From an uncultured Candidatus Saccharibacteria bacterium (lineage in GTDB: Bacteria; Patescibacteriota; Minisyncoccia; Phycocordibacterales; Phycocordibacteraceae), in NCBI GenBank assembly GCA_964638585.1, contig CAZXAN010000001.1:108372-172371 (forward strand): 64,000 bases of DNA, in the 5' to 3' direction. Below the pieces are notes generated by a model that was not told the origin of the DNA, searched no databases, and was given only the letters and a program-made list of their open reading frames with translations. The first letter of the stretch is position 1, and every line of letters starts with the position of its first letter. This document shows positions 28,544-38,224 of this stretch, piece by piece. Made by a program: the position numbers and the translations under genes.

Positions 28544-29508
28544 AGAGCGTGGCGGTAGTCGGATCAGGTGTCATTGGTCTTACGACTGCGATTGAGCTTG
28601 CGCGAAGCTTTCAGGTGGTAGTGTTTTCCCACCAGCCTCTTCTTTCGACGACATCGGCGATAGCAACGGCAATGTGGCACGTATATTTGGTCGATCCAAA
28701 TGCGCCTGTTGTACTGAAATGGGCGCAGGCGTCCCTCAACAAGTTTTTGGCATTGGCCAAAACTACACCTGAGTCCGGTTTGACCGTGATTCGCGGAATT
28801 GAGTTATTCCGGAAGTCACCGTGCAAGGTACCGCCTTGGAGAGACATTCCACCCCAATTTCGAATGCTGAATAGCGATGATCTCCAGGCGTTCCCCGGCA
28901 TTACGTGGGGCTATGAGATTTCTGCGCCTCTCGCCGAGATGCGGCGATATCTTCCTTGGCTGAAAGGAACCGCGGAGAAAGCTGGCGTGAGTTTTGTGGC
29001 TCGCAAGCTAGCATCGTTGGAGGATGTTGGGAGGACATTCGATGTTGTGGTGAACTGTGCTGGGCTTGGCGCTCGGGAGCTCATTGAAGATATGACGCTC
29101 CGTCCAGTTCGTGGTCAGTATGTGATTCTCGAAAGAGGCGTGGATTGCCCTGATACCTACGTTGGCGATGACGAGAATCCTGGGGGTATGAGCTACGCGA
29201 TTCCCCGCGAGTTTGACGTTTGCGTCGGTGGCACGGAAGAATACGATGTCGAACAGCTCGTTTTCGACGTAGACGAGAACGCGATGCTGCGCCGCGCGTC
29301 GAAGTTTTTCCCGTGGATCTTTGGGGCAAAGCCGAGAATTCTTGAACGCGTTGTCGGCCTGAGACCGTTTCGGCAAGGAGGGGTTTGCCTTGAAATCGGC
29401 ACGCTCGCGGACGGGCGTCCTCTTATACATAACTACGGCCACGGTGGGTCCGGCTTCAGTCTTTCGTGGGGGTGCGCCTACGATGTCGTGCGGTTGGCTG
29501 TCGGCTGA
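28540..29508 (+). CDS. FAD-dependent oxidoreductase, D-amino-acid-oxidase-like
   Basis: N-terminal VAVVGSGVIGLTTAIELA dinucleotide-binding motif; C-terminal HNYGHGGSGFSLSWG. Confidence 0.75.
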   Translation: MKSVAVVGSGVIGLTTAIELARSFQVVVFSHQPLLSTTSAIATAMWHVYLVDPNAPVVLKWAQASLNKFLALAKTTPESGLTVIRGIELFRKSPCKVPPWRDIPPQFRMLNSDDLQAFPGITWGYEISAPLAEMRRYLPWLKGTAEKAGVSFVARKLASLEDVGRTFDVVVNCAGLGARELIEDMTLRPVRGQYVILERGVDCPDTYVGDDENPGGMSYAIPREFDVCVGGTEEYDVEQLVFDVDENAMLRRASKFFPWIFGAKPRILERVVGLRPFRQGGVCLEIGTLADGRPLIHNYGHGGSGFSLSWGCAYDVVRLAVG

Positions 29509-29812
29509 AGACTGGCTCGTAAGCTACAGGTAACTTAATCTTGTGCTACTGGCACATTATCCGGTCTTCGTACATTTGCATTCGGTCGCTAGATTTCGTG
29601 GATGCAGATTTCCAACGACGATCTCAATGAATTTATGGTGCTGTACCGGGCTGCGTTCCGGAAAGACATTTCTCAGCTGGAGGCTTGAGATGGCAACGCG
29701 CCTGATCCACCTCTACCTACTTGTCTACCGCCCTATACCCGGCGAGCACAGTGACCGCCCTACGCTGCCTTCGGAAGATCTTCGTGACCCTGATGCTTCT
29801 TTTCCAAATGCC

Positions 29813-29820
29813 GAATAATT
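29813..29820. repeat. 8-bp target-site duplication GAATAATT, left copy, IS66 element
   Basis: identical 8-mer at 32753-32760 immediately outside the IS66 inverted repeats. Confidence 0.7.
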
Positions 29821-29900
29821 GTAAGTGTCCCCAAATCCCCGCACTACCGCAGTTAATCTGAATATGTCAGCGTTCGTCCTTTTGACTGGGGAGGCGGACG

Positions 29901-30221
29901 ATGGGCGAAGGGGAACAATCTGGGCGGGTCGCGGCTGCGACGAAGCGTGCGTACTGGGGGCAACGCATCACCGAGTGGGAGCGGTCTGGGCAATCGCAAA
30001 AGGCATTCTGCGCCAAACACGGCCTGGTACTCTCGACGTTTCAGTGGTGGTGTGCGCAGCGCAAGCGGCGGGCGGCGGCAAGGCCGGTGACGCCATTTTT
30101 GCCGATCGCGATGCATTCGGTGAGCGTGGTGGAAGTGGAGTTGCGCTCGCGCACACGCATACGTTTTGAGGGTGAAGCGGCGCTGCAGGCGGTAGCGCAG
30201 TTGACGGCGCGGGTAAAGTGA
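29901..30221 (+). CDS. IS66 family accessory protein TnpA (orf1)
   Basis: small HTH-like ORF preceding TnpB; WERSGQSQKAFCAKHGL typical. Confidence 0.8.
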   Translation: MGEGEQSGRVAAATKRAYWGQRITEWERSGQSQKAFCAKHGLVLSTFQWWCAQRKRRAAARPVTPFLPIAMHSVSVVEVELRSRTRIRFEGEAALQAVAQLTARVK

Positions 30222-30565
30222 TCCTCGGTGGCGGAGTCAAGGCGTATGTGTGCACGGAGCCCGTTGATATGCGTAAATCGATCGATGGCCTATCGCAACT
30301 GGTGGCGCCGCTGCTCTCAGGCGATGCATTCTCTGGCAGCGTGTTCGTGTTCATGTCGCGTCGGCGCGAGAAGGTAAAGCTCTTGTGGTGGGATCGACAC
30401 GGATTCTGGCTCGCGTATAAGCGTCTTGAGCGAGGGCGCTTTCCGCGGCCTGAGGAACTGGCGCGCCGGGGGCTTTCGTTGGCCGAACTCACAGCGTTTC
30501 TTGAGGGGATCGATCTCACGCGCACGCGACGTCTTGCGAGCGTGTCGGCGATGCGAATTTCATAG
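30218..30565 (+). CDS. IS66 family TnpB (orf2)
   Basis: KAYVCTEPVDMRKSIDGLSQLV...LWWDRHGFWLAYKRLE hallmark. Confidence 0.85.
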   Translation: MILGGGVKAYVCTEPVDMRKSIDGLSQLVAPLLSGDAFSGSVFVFMSRRREKVKLLWWDRHGFWLAYKRLERGRFPRPEELARRGLSLAELTAFLEGIDLTRTRRLASVSAMRIS

Positions 30566-30607
30566 ACGATTTTGTCAACGGTAAAGGGCGTGAATCGTTA
30601 GCTATGC

Positions 30608-32143
30608 ATGCCCGCGCTTACCCTAAACGACATTGATTTAATCAGCGACATCGATGTGCTGAAAGGGCTCATCACCGAGCGCGATTCAGTGATCGCGAAT
30701 TTGAGCGCACAGATTGAATCGCTCAAACAACAATTCCTCAATTTGCGGCGCATGCACTTCGGTGCGACGAGCGAGAAGTTCTCCGGACAGACCGAGCTGT
30801 TCACCGAGAAGGTGGACCTGCCCATTCCACCGGAACCAGACAAGCTGACCGTTCCAGAGCATCAGCGCCGCAAGGGCCGTCCGGCCTTGCCCGATGATCT
30901 TCCGCGTGAACGGCGCGAGTACGATCTGTCTGAGGCCGAGAAGGCCGAATTCGATTCGATCAAACGCATCGGCGAGGAAGTCTCCAGCAGCATCGAGTAC
31001 ACACCCGCCCGCGTGATCGTGCTCGAACATGCGCGCGCCAAGTACGCCTGCATCAAGGATGGCGAGTCGACCATCCGCACCGCCCATGCCGAGCCTTCCC
31101 CGCTGCCGAAGTCCAATGCCGGCGCGAGCCTACTGGCCCAGATCCTGACGGCGACCTTTGCCGACCATTTGCCGCTGAACCGGCAGGAAGGGATCTTCAA
31201 GCGCCACGGCGTCAATCTGCACCGCTCGACCCTGTGCGAGTACAAGCTGGGCGCGGGCGAACTGCTGGCGGTCCTGCGCGCCCCGCTGATCGCCCACGTC
31301 CTGGCAGCGCCCCGCGTTCACAGCGACGACACCACCCTGCCGCTGCTGGAGAAGGGGCGGGGTAGCACCAAGACCGCTCGGCTGTGGGGCTATCTCGGTG
31401 CCGGGTGCAGGCAGACGCCCGAGGGCGCCTGGGTCGAGCATGCGCCGGCGGCGGTGTTCGAGTTCACCGAGTCGCGCGAAGCAATCCATCCGTCGCGTTT
31501 CCTCAATAATTACAGCGGTTATCTCCAAGTCGACGCCTATTCCGGATACGAAGCGATCTTCAAGACCGGTCGCGTGATCGAAGTCGGATGTCTCGCCCAT
31601 TCGAGGCGACGTTTCTTCGAGATCGCCAAGACCCAGAAGCCCCCTGGCCTGGCGGCCGACGCGATTGCTTGGTTCGCGAAGCTCTACGAGATCGAATCCC
31701 GGATCAAGGAGGAACTGCCGGACAAGAAATTGCAGGTCCGACAGGAAGAGTCGGTGCCGCTCTTGTCGGAGTTCAAGCGCTGGCTCGACGGCCACTATGG
31801 CACTCTCCTGCCGCAGAGCCCGCTGGGCCAGGCGTTCGGTTATGCGATCCGCCAGTGGCAGGCGTTGACGCGCTATGCCGAGAACGGCATCCTGATGCCG
31901 GACAACAACCTGCTGGAGCGGCAGATGAGACCGATCGCCATGGGTAGAAAAGCGTACTTGTTCGCCGCCTCGGAGCGCGGCGGCGAGGTGGCGGCCACGA
32001 TGTACTCGCTGGTGGCGACCTGCAAGCTGAACCGGATCGAACCCTTTGCCTATCTGAAGGATGTCTTGGGGCGCATCCGCAGCCACCGGGTCGATCGGCT
32101 GGCCGAGTTGCTGCCCTTCAACTGGTCGCCAGCGAACGCATGA
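30608..32143 (+). CDS. IS66 family transposase TnpC
   Basis: 511 aa, leucine-zipper N-terminus, CxxH zinc motif and DDE region typical of IS66 transposases. Confidence 0.9.
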   Translation: MPALTLNDIDLISDIDVLKGLITERDSVIANLSAQIESLKQQFLNLRRMHFGATSEKFSGQTELFTEKVDLPIPPEPDKLTVPEHQRRKGRPALPDDLPRERREYDLSEAEKAEFDSIKRIGEEVSSSIEYTPARVIVLEHARAKYACIKDGESTIRTAHAEPSPLPKSNAGASLLAQILTATFADHLPLNRQEGIFKRHGVNLHRSTLCEYKLGAGELLAVLRAPLIAHVLAAPRVHSDDTTLPLLEKGRGSTKTARLWGYLGAGCRQTPEGAWVEHAPAAVFEFTESREAIHPSRFLNNYSGYLQVDAYSGYEAIFKTGRVIEVGCLAHSRRRFFEIAKTQKPPGLAADAIAWFAKLYEIESRIKEELPDKKLQVRQEESVPLLSEFKRWLDGHYGTLLPQSPLGQAFGYAIRQWQALTRYAENGILMPDNNLLERQMRPIAMGRKAYLFAASERGGEVAATMYSLVATCKLNRIEPFAYLKDVLGRIRSHRVDRLAELLPFNWSPANA

Positions 32144-32667
32144 CCCCGGAAGAACTGGCAGCCCTGGTCAGGAATCTTCCGCAGGCGGAGTCCCTGGACC
32201 TGTATCGTCTGGAGTACGTCATCCGGGCGCTGTACTCCGAACCTAAGCGCATTCTTGCCATTCGCGTTCACCTGCGCCTTGGCATGATGGTCCGGTTCTT
32301 CGGCCGCAATACCGGCGCCTTCCATTCCGGGCGCATCGTGGCGATGAACGATCACGGGGTGACAATCGACGAGCCGACGCTCAACCTGCGCCACAAAAAT
32401 CTGCCCTACGCCGCGATCGATCTGAAGACGCCGGCGCAGCCCGAGGTCGAGTTCGTCGCCGCCGCGTCGCCACGGCCCGCCGCCAAAGCAGCCTCCCGCC
32501 CCGACTTCAAGGTCGGCGACCGCGTTACCTTCCAGGATCGCAACAACATTCTAGTAACGGGAACGGTCAGGCGCATCAATCAGAAGACAGTGACGGTGGC
32601 CCCGGACAATAAGGACGGTCACTGGCGCGTCTCGGCCGCGTTACTGAACCACCTCGTCGATATCTGA
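32140..32667 (+). CDS. IS66-associated fourth ORF, function unknown
   Basis: overlaps tnpC stop, lies inside the IS66 inverted repeats. Confidence 0.4.
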   Translation: MTPEELAALVRNLPQAESLDLYRLEYVIRALYSEPKRILAIRVHLRLGMMVRFFGRNTGAFHSGRIVAMNDHGVTIDEPTLNLRHKNLPYAAIDLKTPAQPEVEFVAAASPRPAAKAASRPDFKVGDRVTFQDRNNILVTGTVRRINQKTVTVAPDNKDGHWRVSAALLNHLVDI

Positions 32668-32752
32668 CATCGGCGGCGTTCCGCCGCGACCGGCGCAATT
32701 CCGTCGCTATCGAAATCCCAAACGTCAAGGACGGGGATTTGGCGACGGATAC

Positions 32753-32760
32753 GAATAATT
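32753..32760. repeat. 8-bp target-site duplication GAATAATT, right copy, IS66 element
   Basis: matches 29813-29820. Confidence 0.7.
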
Positions 32761-32925
32761 GATAATGTCTCCAGTAGCTCTGGGTCGCGGGCGTTGTATA
32801 AAGTTCTAATTCTGTCCAAGGCTCCGCGCCTTTCTCGATCCCTCTTGCACTCAAAGGTCCGCACGTCGGTCGCCAGTCAGGAGGTCATGCCACGATCGAC
32901 AAAAGGTTATAGAGACGTTCGATCG

Positions 32926-33629
32926 TCATTCGTGCGCGGCTTGTATTGCTTTATCTGATAGGCTATGTCGGAAGAAGTTTTTCTTTTTCTTAATATCGCG
33001 GCCAAAAAACCGCTGGTAGTTCCTGTAGGCATATTCAGTATCTTGCTTTGATCCTCCCGTGATCACCACAAATTCCGGTCGCTTTGATCGTGAGAGCTCC
33101 ACACGCTTCAAAAGGTGCTTAAATTCGTAATCAGCGGCAGGCAGTGAATATCCGATAAAGACCCATTTGCGGGCCTGCCGCAAGAGGCCTTCCGCCAAGA
33201 ACCAGGATTTCTCGAACATCGGAAAGTCAAGCGCTTTTAGGAAACTGAAGGTGGCAATGCGCGTCGTCAGGGGAACACTAGTGCAACTTAGGCAGTGCCA
33301 TTTCTCACAATCATCTACCTGTGTCACCCTTAGATCTCTTCCCTCGCGGTGGGTGAGAAGCTGCATGGCAACCGAGACCGCGTCATCCGCGGGGAACCAG
33401 TAAAGTTGGCGACAGTTGTCGCAGTAGAGCCAATTCACGGACCCGTGGATTTTAACCAGTGGTAACCTATTCGAGTCATCAGGCAGGTCTCGCGTCGCAA
33501 CGCTGGTGCGACCCGGTGGGAACTTGGCAGGGATGGCTCCGCAACCGTACTCAAACTGTTGCACATTCCGCAATGCAGTGAGCCTCCGTTCAATAACCGT
33601 GTCCCAGTTGTGGACGGCGTCAAGCAGGA
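32926..33629 (-). pseudogene. SIR2-like (SIR2_2 family) protein, C-terminal fragment, separated from N-terminus by IS21 insertion
   Basis: LVKIHGSVNW, CDNCRQ...CLSC zinc ribbon, KWVFIGYSLPAADYEF; apparent start MIVVRP is encoded by the IS21 terminal repeat. Confidence 0.7.
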
Positions 33630-33845
33630 TGGCCGGTCGAACGACAATCATCTTGGCCGGTCGGCCGGGGATGATTGTCGTCGGTTAGCCGTTTGTTGAG
33701 ATTCGACTCATTTGGGTTGCGTGGCAATATTTCGACCTCATAAGACGCGCTATAAGCGATTCTCTTGTGGCCGGTGGGGGTAGGACATGGCCGGAATTGC
33801 ATGTTTTAAGAGCATCGGTTCGTTTTTTGACAGACGGTTGAGAAT

Positions 33846-34688
33846 TCATGGACGTCGCTCCGGTGGTAGGTTGTCGCTGTTTTCGGATGTTTGACGCCGG
33901 CGCTGCGCTTTCGCGACGTCGTGCCGGGTCTGTTTGTCGCTCGTGGCCGTCTTGCGGCGGTAGCTTTCAACGTTGAGTTCGAAGATCGTCGAGTGGTGCA
34001 CCAGGCGGTCGATGGCGGCGACGGTCATGCCGGGGTCGGGGAACACGTTATCCCACCCGGAGAAGGCCTGATTGGCAGTAATGAGGATGCTACGTCTCTC
34101 GTAGCGCTCGGCGATCAGCTCGAACAGCACGCTGGTTTCGGCCTGATCCTTTCTGACATACGAGATGTCGTCCAGAATGAGCAAATCGAAGCGGTCGAGC
34201 TTGGCGAGCATCGACGGTAACTGCAAGCTTTGGCGAGCGGCCTGAAGCCGCTGCACCATTTCGCTGGTGCGCATGAATAGCACACGATAGCCGGTCTCAA
34301 TCAGTGCGTGCCCGATACCGGAGCCGAGATGACTCTTGCCGACACCCGGTGGACCGAAGATCAGGATCGTGGCGCCTTTTTCTAGCCAGGAATCCCCAGT
34401 TGCCAGTGCCGTGACATGGGCTTTGGAGAGCATCGGCACAGAACCGAAGTCGAAGGTATCGAGTGTCTTGGTGGGGTCCAGATGCGACTCGTCACGATGA
34501 CGCCCGATACGTCGCTTGGCGCGCTCGGCAAGCTCGTGTTCCAGCAGTGCGCCCAGGAAACGTGTGGCCTGCCAGCCTTCCTTGTCGGAGCGCTGGGCGA
34601 ACTCGGGCCACAATCGCGAGATCGTTGGTAGCCGCAGTTCGTTGAGCATCAAGGCGAGCCGGCCGGGCTCATAGGTGGGCGCGTTCAT
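33846..34688 (-). CDS. istB: IS21 helper ATPase IstB
   Basis: Walker A GPPGVGKSHLG, Walker B LLILDDISY. Confidence 0.9.
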   Translation of the reverse strand: MNAPTYEPGRLALMLNELRLPTISRLWPEFAQRSDKEGWQATRFLGALLEHELAERAKRRIGRHRDESHLDPTKTLDTFDFGSVPMLSKAHVTALATGDSWLEKGATILIFGPPGVGKSHLGSGIGHALIETGYRVLFMRTSEMVQRLQAARQSLQLPSMLAKLDRFDLLILDDISYVRKDQAETSVLFELIAERYERRSILITANQAFSGWDNVFPDPGMTVAAIDRLVHHSTIFELNVESYRRKTATSDKQTRHDVAKAQRRRQTSENSDNLPPERRP

Positions 34689-36190
34689 GCCGGCACCGCT
34701 TCACCGAGCAGCAGCGCATCGTAGCTGCTGGCCGCCGGGATCTTGACCGCGACCTGCGGCAACTCGGTCTGGCGTGGCGCGAACTCTTCGCGCAGTCCCC
34801 TGAGGTTGGGCAACTCGCCGGCGACAGTCAGTGCTTCAAGCCGCTGGGCGAGCACGGCTTCAATGCCGTCCATCGCAGCAAGTTCGAGCAACCCGACCAT
34901 GCTCTGGCAGGCTTGGCGTTGCGTGAGCTTCTCAGCGAGCTGCTCCCAGGTCCGGCGATACGCCTCGCGTGGGAACAGCGCGTCGCGGAATGCCAGGCCT
35001 TTGAACGCCTGGGGTTTGCGTTTTAAGGCATCAATGAAGTGACGGTAGTCGATCATCCGACCGCGGCCGCCAATCGGTGAACGCACCCCGCGCGCAAGCG
35101 TGAGTACGAGTGCGCCGGACAGATAGCAATCGAGCCGGTCACTATAGAGCCGCACCTTTAGACGGTGGCCAATCAACCGTGACGGCGCGCTATACAGGAT
35201 GGCGCGCACGGTGAAGGTGCCGCAGCGGGTGACGCGTGCTTCTTCCTCGACGAAGTCCGTGGTGCGTCGTACGGGCAGCTCCTGCAGTTGCTCGCGCTCG
35301 ATGCGAAACGCCGCCGCGTTGCGGCGATTCCTGCGCATCACGGCTTCACGCACAAACGTTTCGTAGGCGGTGCGGTTCTCGAAATCGCGATGACCGCGCA
35401 GCAGCAATGCCTGATCCACCGCCTGCTTCAGATACCGGTGCGAGGATTCCACGCTGCCGTTCTCGTGGCTCTGGCCACGGTTGTTGCGCGTGCCCGCCAT
35501 GCCGTAGTGATCGAGCAGTGCGGTGTAGCGGACCGTGAAGTCCTCTTCGTCCTTCAGGTTCTTGAAGGCCGCCGACAGGCTGTCGGTGCGGTGCTCGCGC
35601 GGGGCACCGCCGGCCTGCCACAGCGCGTTCTGCAGCCCCTTGGAAAGCGCCTCGAAGCTCTCACCACCATCGATCACCTCGGCATACTCCCAGCGCGAGA
35701 AGGCAAACACGAAGTGATAGAGCCGATGCGCAAACGCCACCCCGGCGATGACGACGTTCAGTTCACCCATGTCGGTAAAGTCCGACAGCCCACGCTCGCC
35801 TGGGGCATGCTCCTGTGGGAAGAACACTTCCTTGGACGGGCCTTCCAGCGCACGCCAATGACGGATGCGCCGCTGCAGCGTACGGATCACCCCGTCAGGG
35901 AAACCTTCGAGGTGATCTTCCTGCAACTTCCTCAGAATCGTGATCGCCATCAACTGCGGCGCATTCTTCAACAGCGGCACGACCTCAGTCTCCCAGACCC
36001 CGGCAAACGGATCGCGGCGCGAGCGCCAATAGCGGCGCAGCCGCTGTGACGGTAGCGTTACATCCTCTTCAACACGGCGTGCACTGCGTACGCTCATTCC
36101 TGCTTTGGCAGCAGCGAGTTCTTGCGTTTGGTGCTTGCGGTAGCTCATATATAGACGAACCTGTTGGTCAGTAATTCGGGTTCCTGGCAC
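34685..36190 (-). CDS. istA: IS21 family transposase IstA
   Basis: N-terminal HTH, DDE integrase core, overlaps istB start. Confidence 0.9.
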   Translation of the reverse strand: MPGTRITDQQVRLYMSYRKHQTQELAAAKAGMSVRSARRVEEDVTLPSQRLRRYWRSRRDPFAGVWETEVVPLLKNAPQLMAITILRKLQEDHLEGFPDGVIRTLQRRIRHWRALEGPSKEVFFPQEHAPGERGLSDFTDMGELNVVIAGVAFAHRLYHFVFAFSRWEYAEVIDGGESFEALSKGLQNALWQAGGAPREHRTDSLSAAFKNLKDEEDFTVRYTALLDHYGMAGTRNNRGQSHENGSVESSHRYLKQAVDQALLLRGHRDFENRTAYETFVREAVMRRNRRNAAAFRIEREQLQELPVRRTTDFVEEEARVTRCGTFTVRAILYSAPSRLIGHRLKVRLYSDRLDCYLSGALVLTLARGVRSPIGGRGRMIDYRHFIDALKRKPQAFKGLAFRDALFPREAYRRTWEQLAEKLTQRQACQSMVGLLELAAMDGIEAVLAQRLEALTVAGELPNLRGLREEFAPRQTELPQVAVKIPAASSYDALLLGEAVPA

Positions 36191-36352
36191 GGGGCCGGCC
36201 TCTTCTTCAGACTTGGGCCGACCATCCTAAACCCCGACCAACTTGGTGCCGCCGGTGGTTCGTCGTCTGCGGCGGCTACGCCGCCTTCGACTCCTCACCA
36301 CCGGCCAGGATGATTGTCGCTAGACCGGACAAGATGATTGTCGCCGACTACA

Positions 36353-36787
36353 GTTGATAGATATGAATGAGCTGTGCCCAATATCCAATTGGTTGAAGAA
36401 GTTGTCCAGCCTAATCCAATCGTCTCCTTTGGCCGCATCCGCCTTGGTAAACCGCTCATCCAACATGCACATCATTCTGGTCAGAAGTACACGACGTGCC
36501 GTCCTTAGCTTGGATGGTGCATGAGTCGGGCCGAGATAATGTCCAGTGTTCGCCGCGAGGTCGATGTTGGTGAATACATCTTCCAAGTTCGGCCAAAACT
36601 TTGCGTTCGCCAATTTGTGGTGATCAAAAACATCATGAACGAAGGTGCCCAGATGTTCGATCAAAGGTTGGAAATTAGTAGATGGTTCAAGGAGCGCCGC
36701 GGTAAAATCGGCTTGAAGCGGAAGGCCAGCGTGATGCGAAAACCCCGCTCCGACAATGTAAACATGCGTGCGACCCAAAGTACTCAT
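36353..36787 (-). pseudogene. SIR2-like protein, N-terminal fragment
   Basis: MSTLGRTHVYIVGAGFSHHAGLPLQADF nucleotide-binding motif of SIR2_2 family; reading frame runs into IS21 end. Confidence 0.7.
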
Positions 36788-36956
36788 CTCTCATCCAGCC
36801 TGACCAATGACGACCCGTCCATACCCGGCGATGTTACTCGCCTAGTGGATAACGCGCATCAAATCTTACCGGCATCACCAAGACGGATCAAAGCCGTGCC
36901 CCGTAGACACGTTTCCACCCCTTTGACGCTTTGCTCGTTACACCTAAGCTCTCGCA

Positions 36957-37142
36957 ATGGATGACAAAGAAGCACGGCGCGTCCAGGAGTTTCAGGAGGC
37001 ATATGAGCAAGAGTTCGGCGAAGAGCTTACGACAGGAGAAGCGGGCGTGATGCTTACGCAGCTGGTGCAATTATATTTGCACATCTCCCGCCCGTCACCA
37101 CGGGACACGCCTGGGGTTAGCGATGACGTGACACAGAACTAA
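36957..37142 (+). CDS. small conserved protein, family A
   Basis: MDDKEARRVQEF...MLTQLVQLYLHISR; stop overlaps stop of convergent family-B ORF (CTAA). Confidence 0.5.
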   Translation: MDDKEARRVQEFQEAYEQEFGEELTTGEAGVMLTQLVQLYLHISRPSPRDTPGVSDDVTQN

Positions 37143-37269
37143 GCTGCCTTCTTGAATTCGTCACCTTCGAAGCGCTTCTTAAGCGCGCGGATATTTTCTA
37201 TGGTACGTTTAACTTCATCGTCGTCGCGGCTTAAAAAGGTGCGAACGTCGTTGACGAACGCCAGCTGAA
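37139..37269 (-). CDS. small conserved ORF, family B (…LAFVNDVRTFLSRDDDEVK...IRALKKRFEGDEFKKAA), no ATG start in this copy
   Basis: four copies differ mostly at synonymous positions, implying a coding constraint; first in-frame codon CTG after TGA. Confidence 0.4.
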
Positions 37270-37277
37270 GTCACACT

Positions 37278-37296
37278 TAGTCATACGCAGTAGTAC
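37278..37296. promoter_or_regulatory. imperfect palindrome AGTCATACGCAGTAGTACT upstream of RHH gene, candidate operator
   Basis: perfect version AGTCATACGCAGTATGACT recurs at 47188-47206 in the same context. Confidence 0.3.
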
Positions 37297-37399
37297 TGGT
37301 ACTAACACCCTCAAAAGTACCTAACTGAGCCATTTGTTGCCATCTAGGCACGTTGTCTCCTCTTTAGCAGCTCACCACGGCTGGAGACAATATCCACGT

Positions 37400-37558
37400 A
37401 TGGCGCGCACCACCATTACCTTTACGATCTCACTTCCTCCAGAAATGGCAGAGGAGCTTGAAGAAATAATGAAGAAAGAGCATCGCACGCGCTCCGAACT
37501 CATTCGGGAAGCACTGCGTCGATATGTCGCCGCTGTCGCTGAAGGTCGCCGTGAGTGA
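37400..37558 (+). CDS. ribbon-helix-helix (CopG/Arc-like) DNA-binding protein
   Basis: MARTTITFTISLPPEMAEELEEIMKKEHRTRSELIREALRRY. Confidence 0.7.
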   Translation: MARTTITFTISLPPEMAEELEEIMKKEHRTRSELIREALRRYVAAVAEGRRE

Positions 37559-37766
37559 GGAAGGAGCACTGCAACTGCACTTGACAAGTTTCCGAAAACG
37601 CTTAAGGTATCCAGGTGCGTTATTGTCCCACATTCGGTGCTCACAATTAGCCATACGTCAAGGGCCATTGGGTATCTCTAGATTAGAGGGTGAGGAATAG
37701 TTCTCCGATTGGTCATAGCAAGAACTTTATTTGCTAAACAAACTAAGTTCTACCCTGTGACCAATC

Positions 37767-38069
37767 ATGGAGAAGAAAATGTCCTTTCCGCAAGAACTTG
37801 ACCCTTACAAGAAATCCGTGGCAAACATCGTTCTCGCCATTGAGTCGAGCTGGAGTGATTGCCACATGCTTGACCCTCAAACAAGATTGCCTTTAGCCAG
37901 TCCAAATTACTACGAATATCTTTCTGAGCAACTGGTTAGGGCTGCCATCTCTAATCCGACGCTGTTCTTACGCGCCTTACCAAAGTTACTCTGCTTCGTC
38001 GAACAATCTCCGAGCTTCCGAATTGCGTCGTGCAGCAATGAGACATTAGCGAGGGATAAAACATTGTGA
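37767..38069 (+). CDS. hypothetical protein
   Basis: 100-aa ORF, no motif. Confidence 0.35.
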   Translation: MEKKMSFPQELDPYKKSVANIVLAIESSWSDCHMLDPQTRLPLASPNYYEYLSEQLVRAAISNPTLFLRALPKLLCFVEQSPSFRIASCSNETLARDKTL

Positions 38070-38224
38070 CGTGGATGCATTCAGCCGCCCTAGGGCGGCT
38101 TTGTTTTGACCACCATACGCGTCTCGCAGTGGCTTCCTGTGGCCAGGACAAGGTTACTTGTACGTCACGTCTCTCTGTCGACTGGCCAGCCGAGAACCTC
38201 GTGCTAAAGCGATCGACGAATGGC

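Larger units (their letters stand above)
29821..32752 (+). mobile_element. IS66-family insertion sequence (tnpA-tnpB-tnpC plus a fourth ORF)
   Basis: terminal IRs GTAAGTGTCCCCAAATCCCCGCAC / GTATCCGTCGCCAAATCCCCGTCC (reverse complement), 8-bp TSD, three canonical IS66 ORFs. Confidence 0.85.
33630..36352 (-). mobile_element. IS21-family insertion sequence (istA-istB) interrupting SIR2-like gene
   Basis: terminal inverted repeats containing repeated GATGATTGTCG motifs at both ends (33630-33660 and 36305-36352), istA/istB pair. Confidence 0.8.

Noticed and set aside
29543-29818. 91-aa ORF abutting the IS66 left end
   Set aside because: No motif. It ends exactly at the IS target duplication and is more likely intergenic sequence or a remnant than a gene.
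35288-36049. ORFs antisense to istA/istB, IS66 tnpC (31130..32086) and the 926-aa ATPase (7080-9630 region)
   Set aside because: They lie fully within strongly supported genes on the opposite strand and have low-complexity Arg/Ala-rich translations typical of GC-rich antisense frames.
33600-36360. Target-site duplication for the IS21 element
   Set aside because: Flanks (CAAGCAGGA / GTTGATAGA) show no convincing 4-8 bp direct repeat. The exact termini are uncertain by a few bases, so no TSD is claimed.
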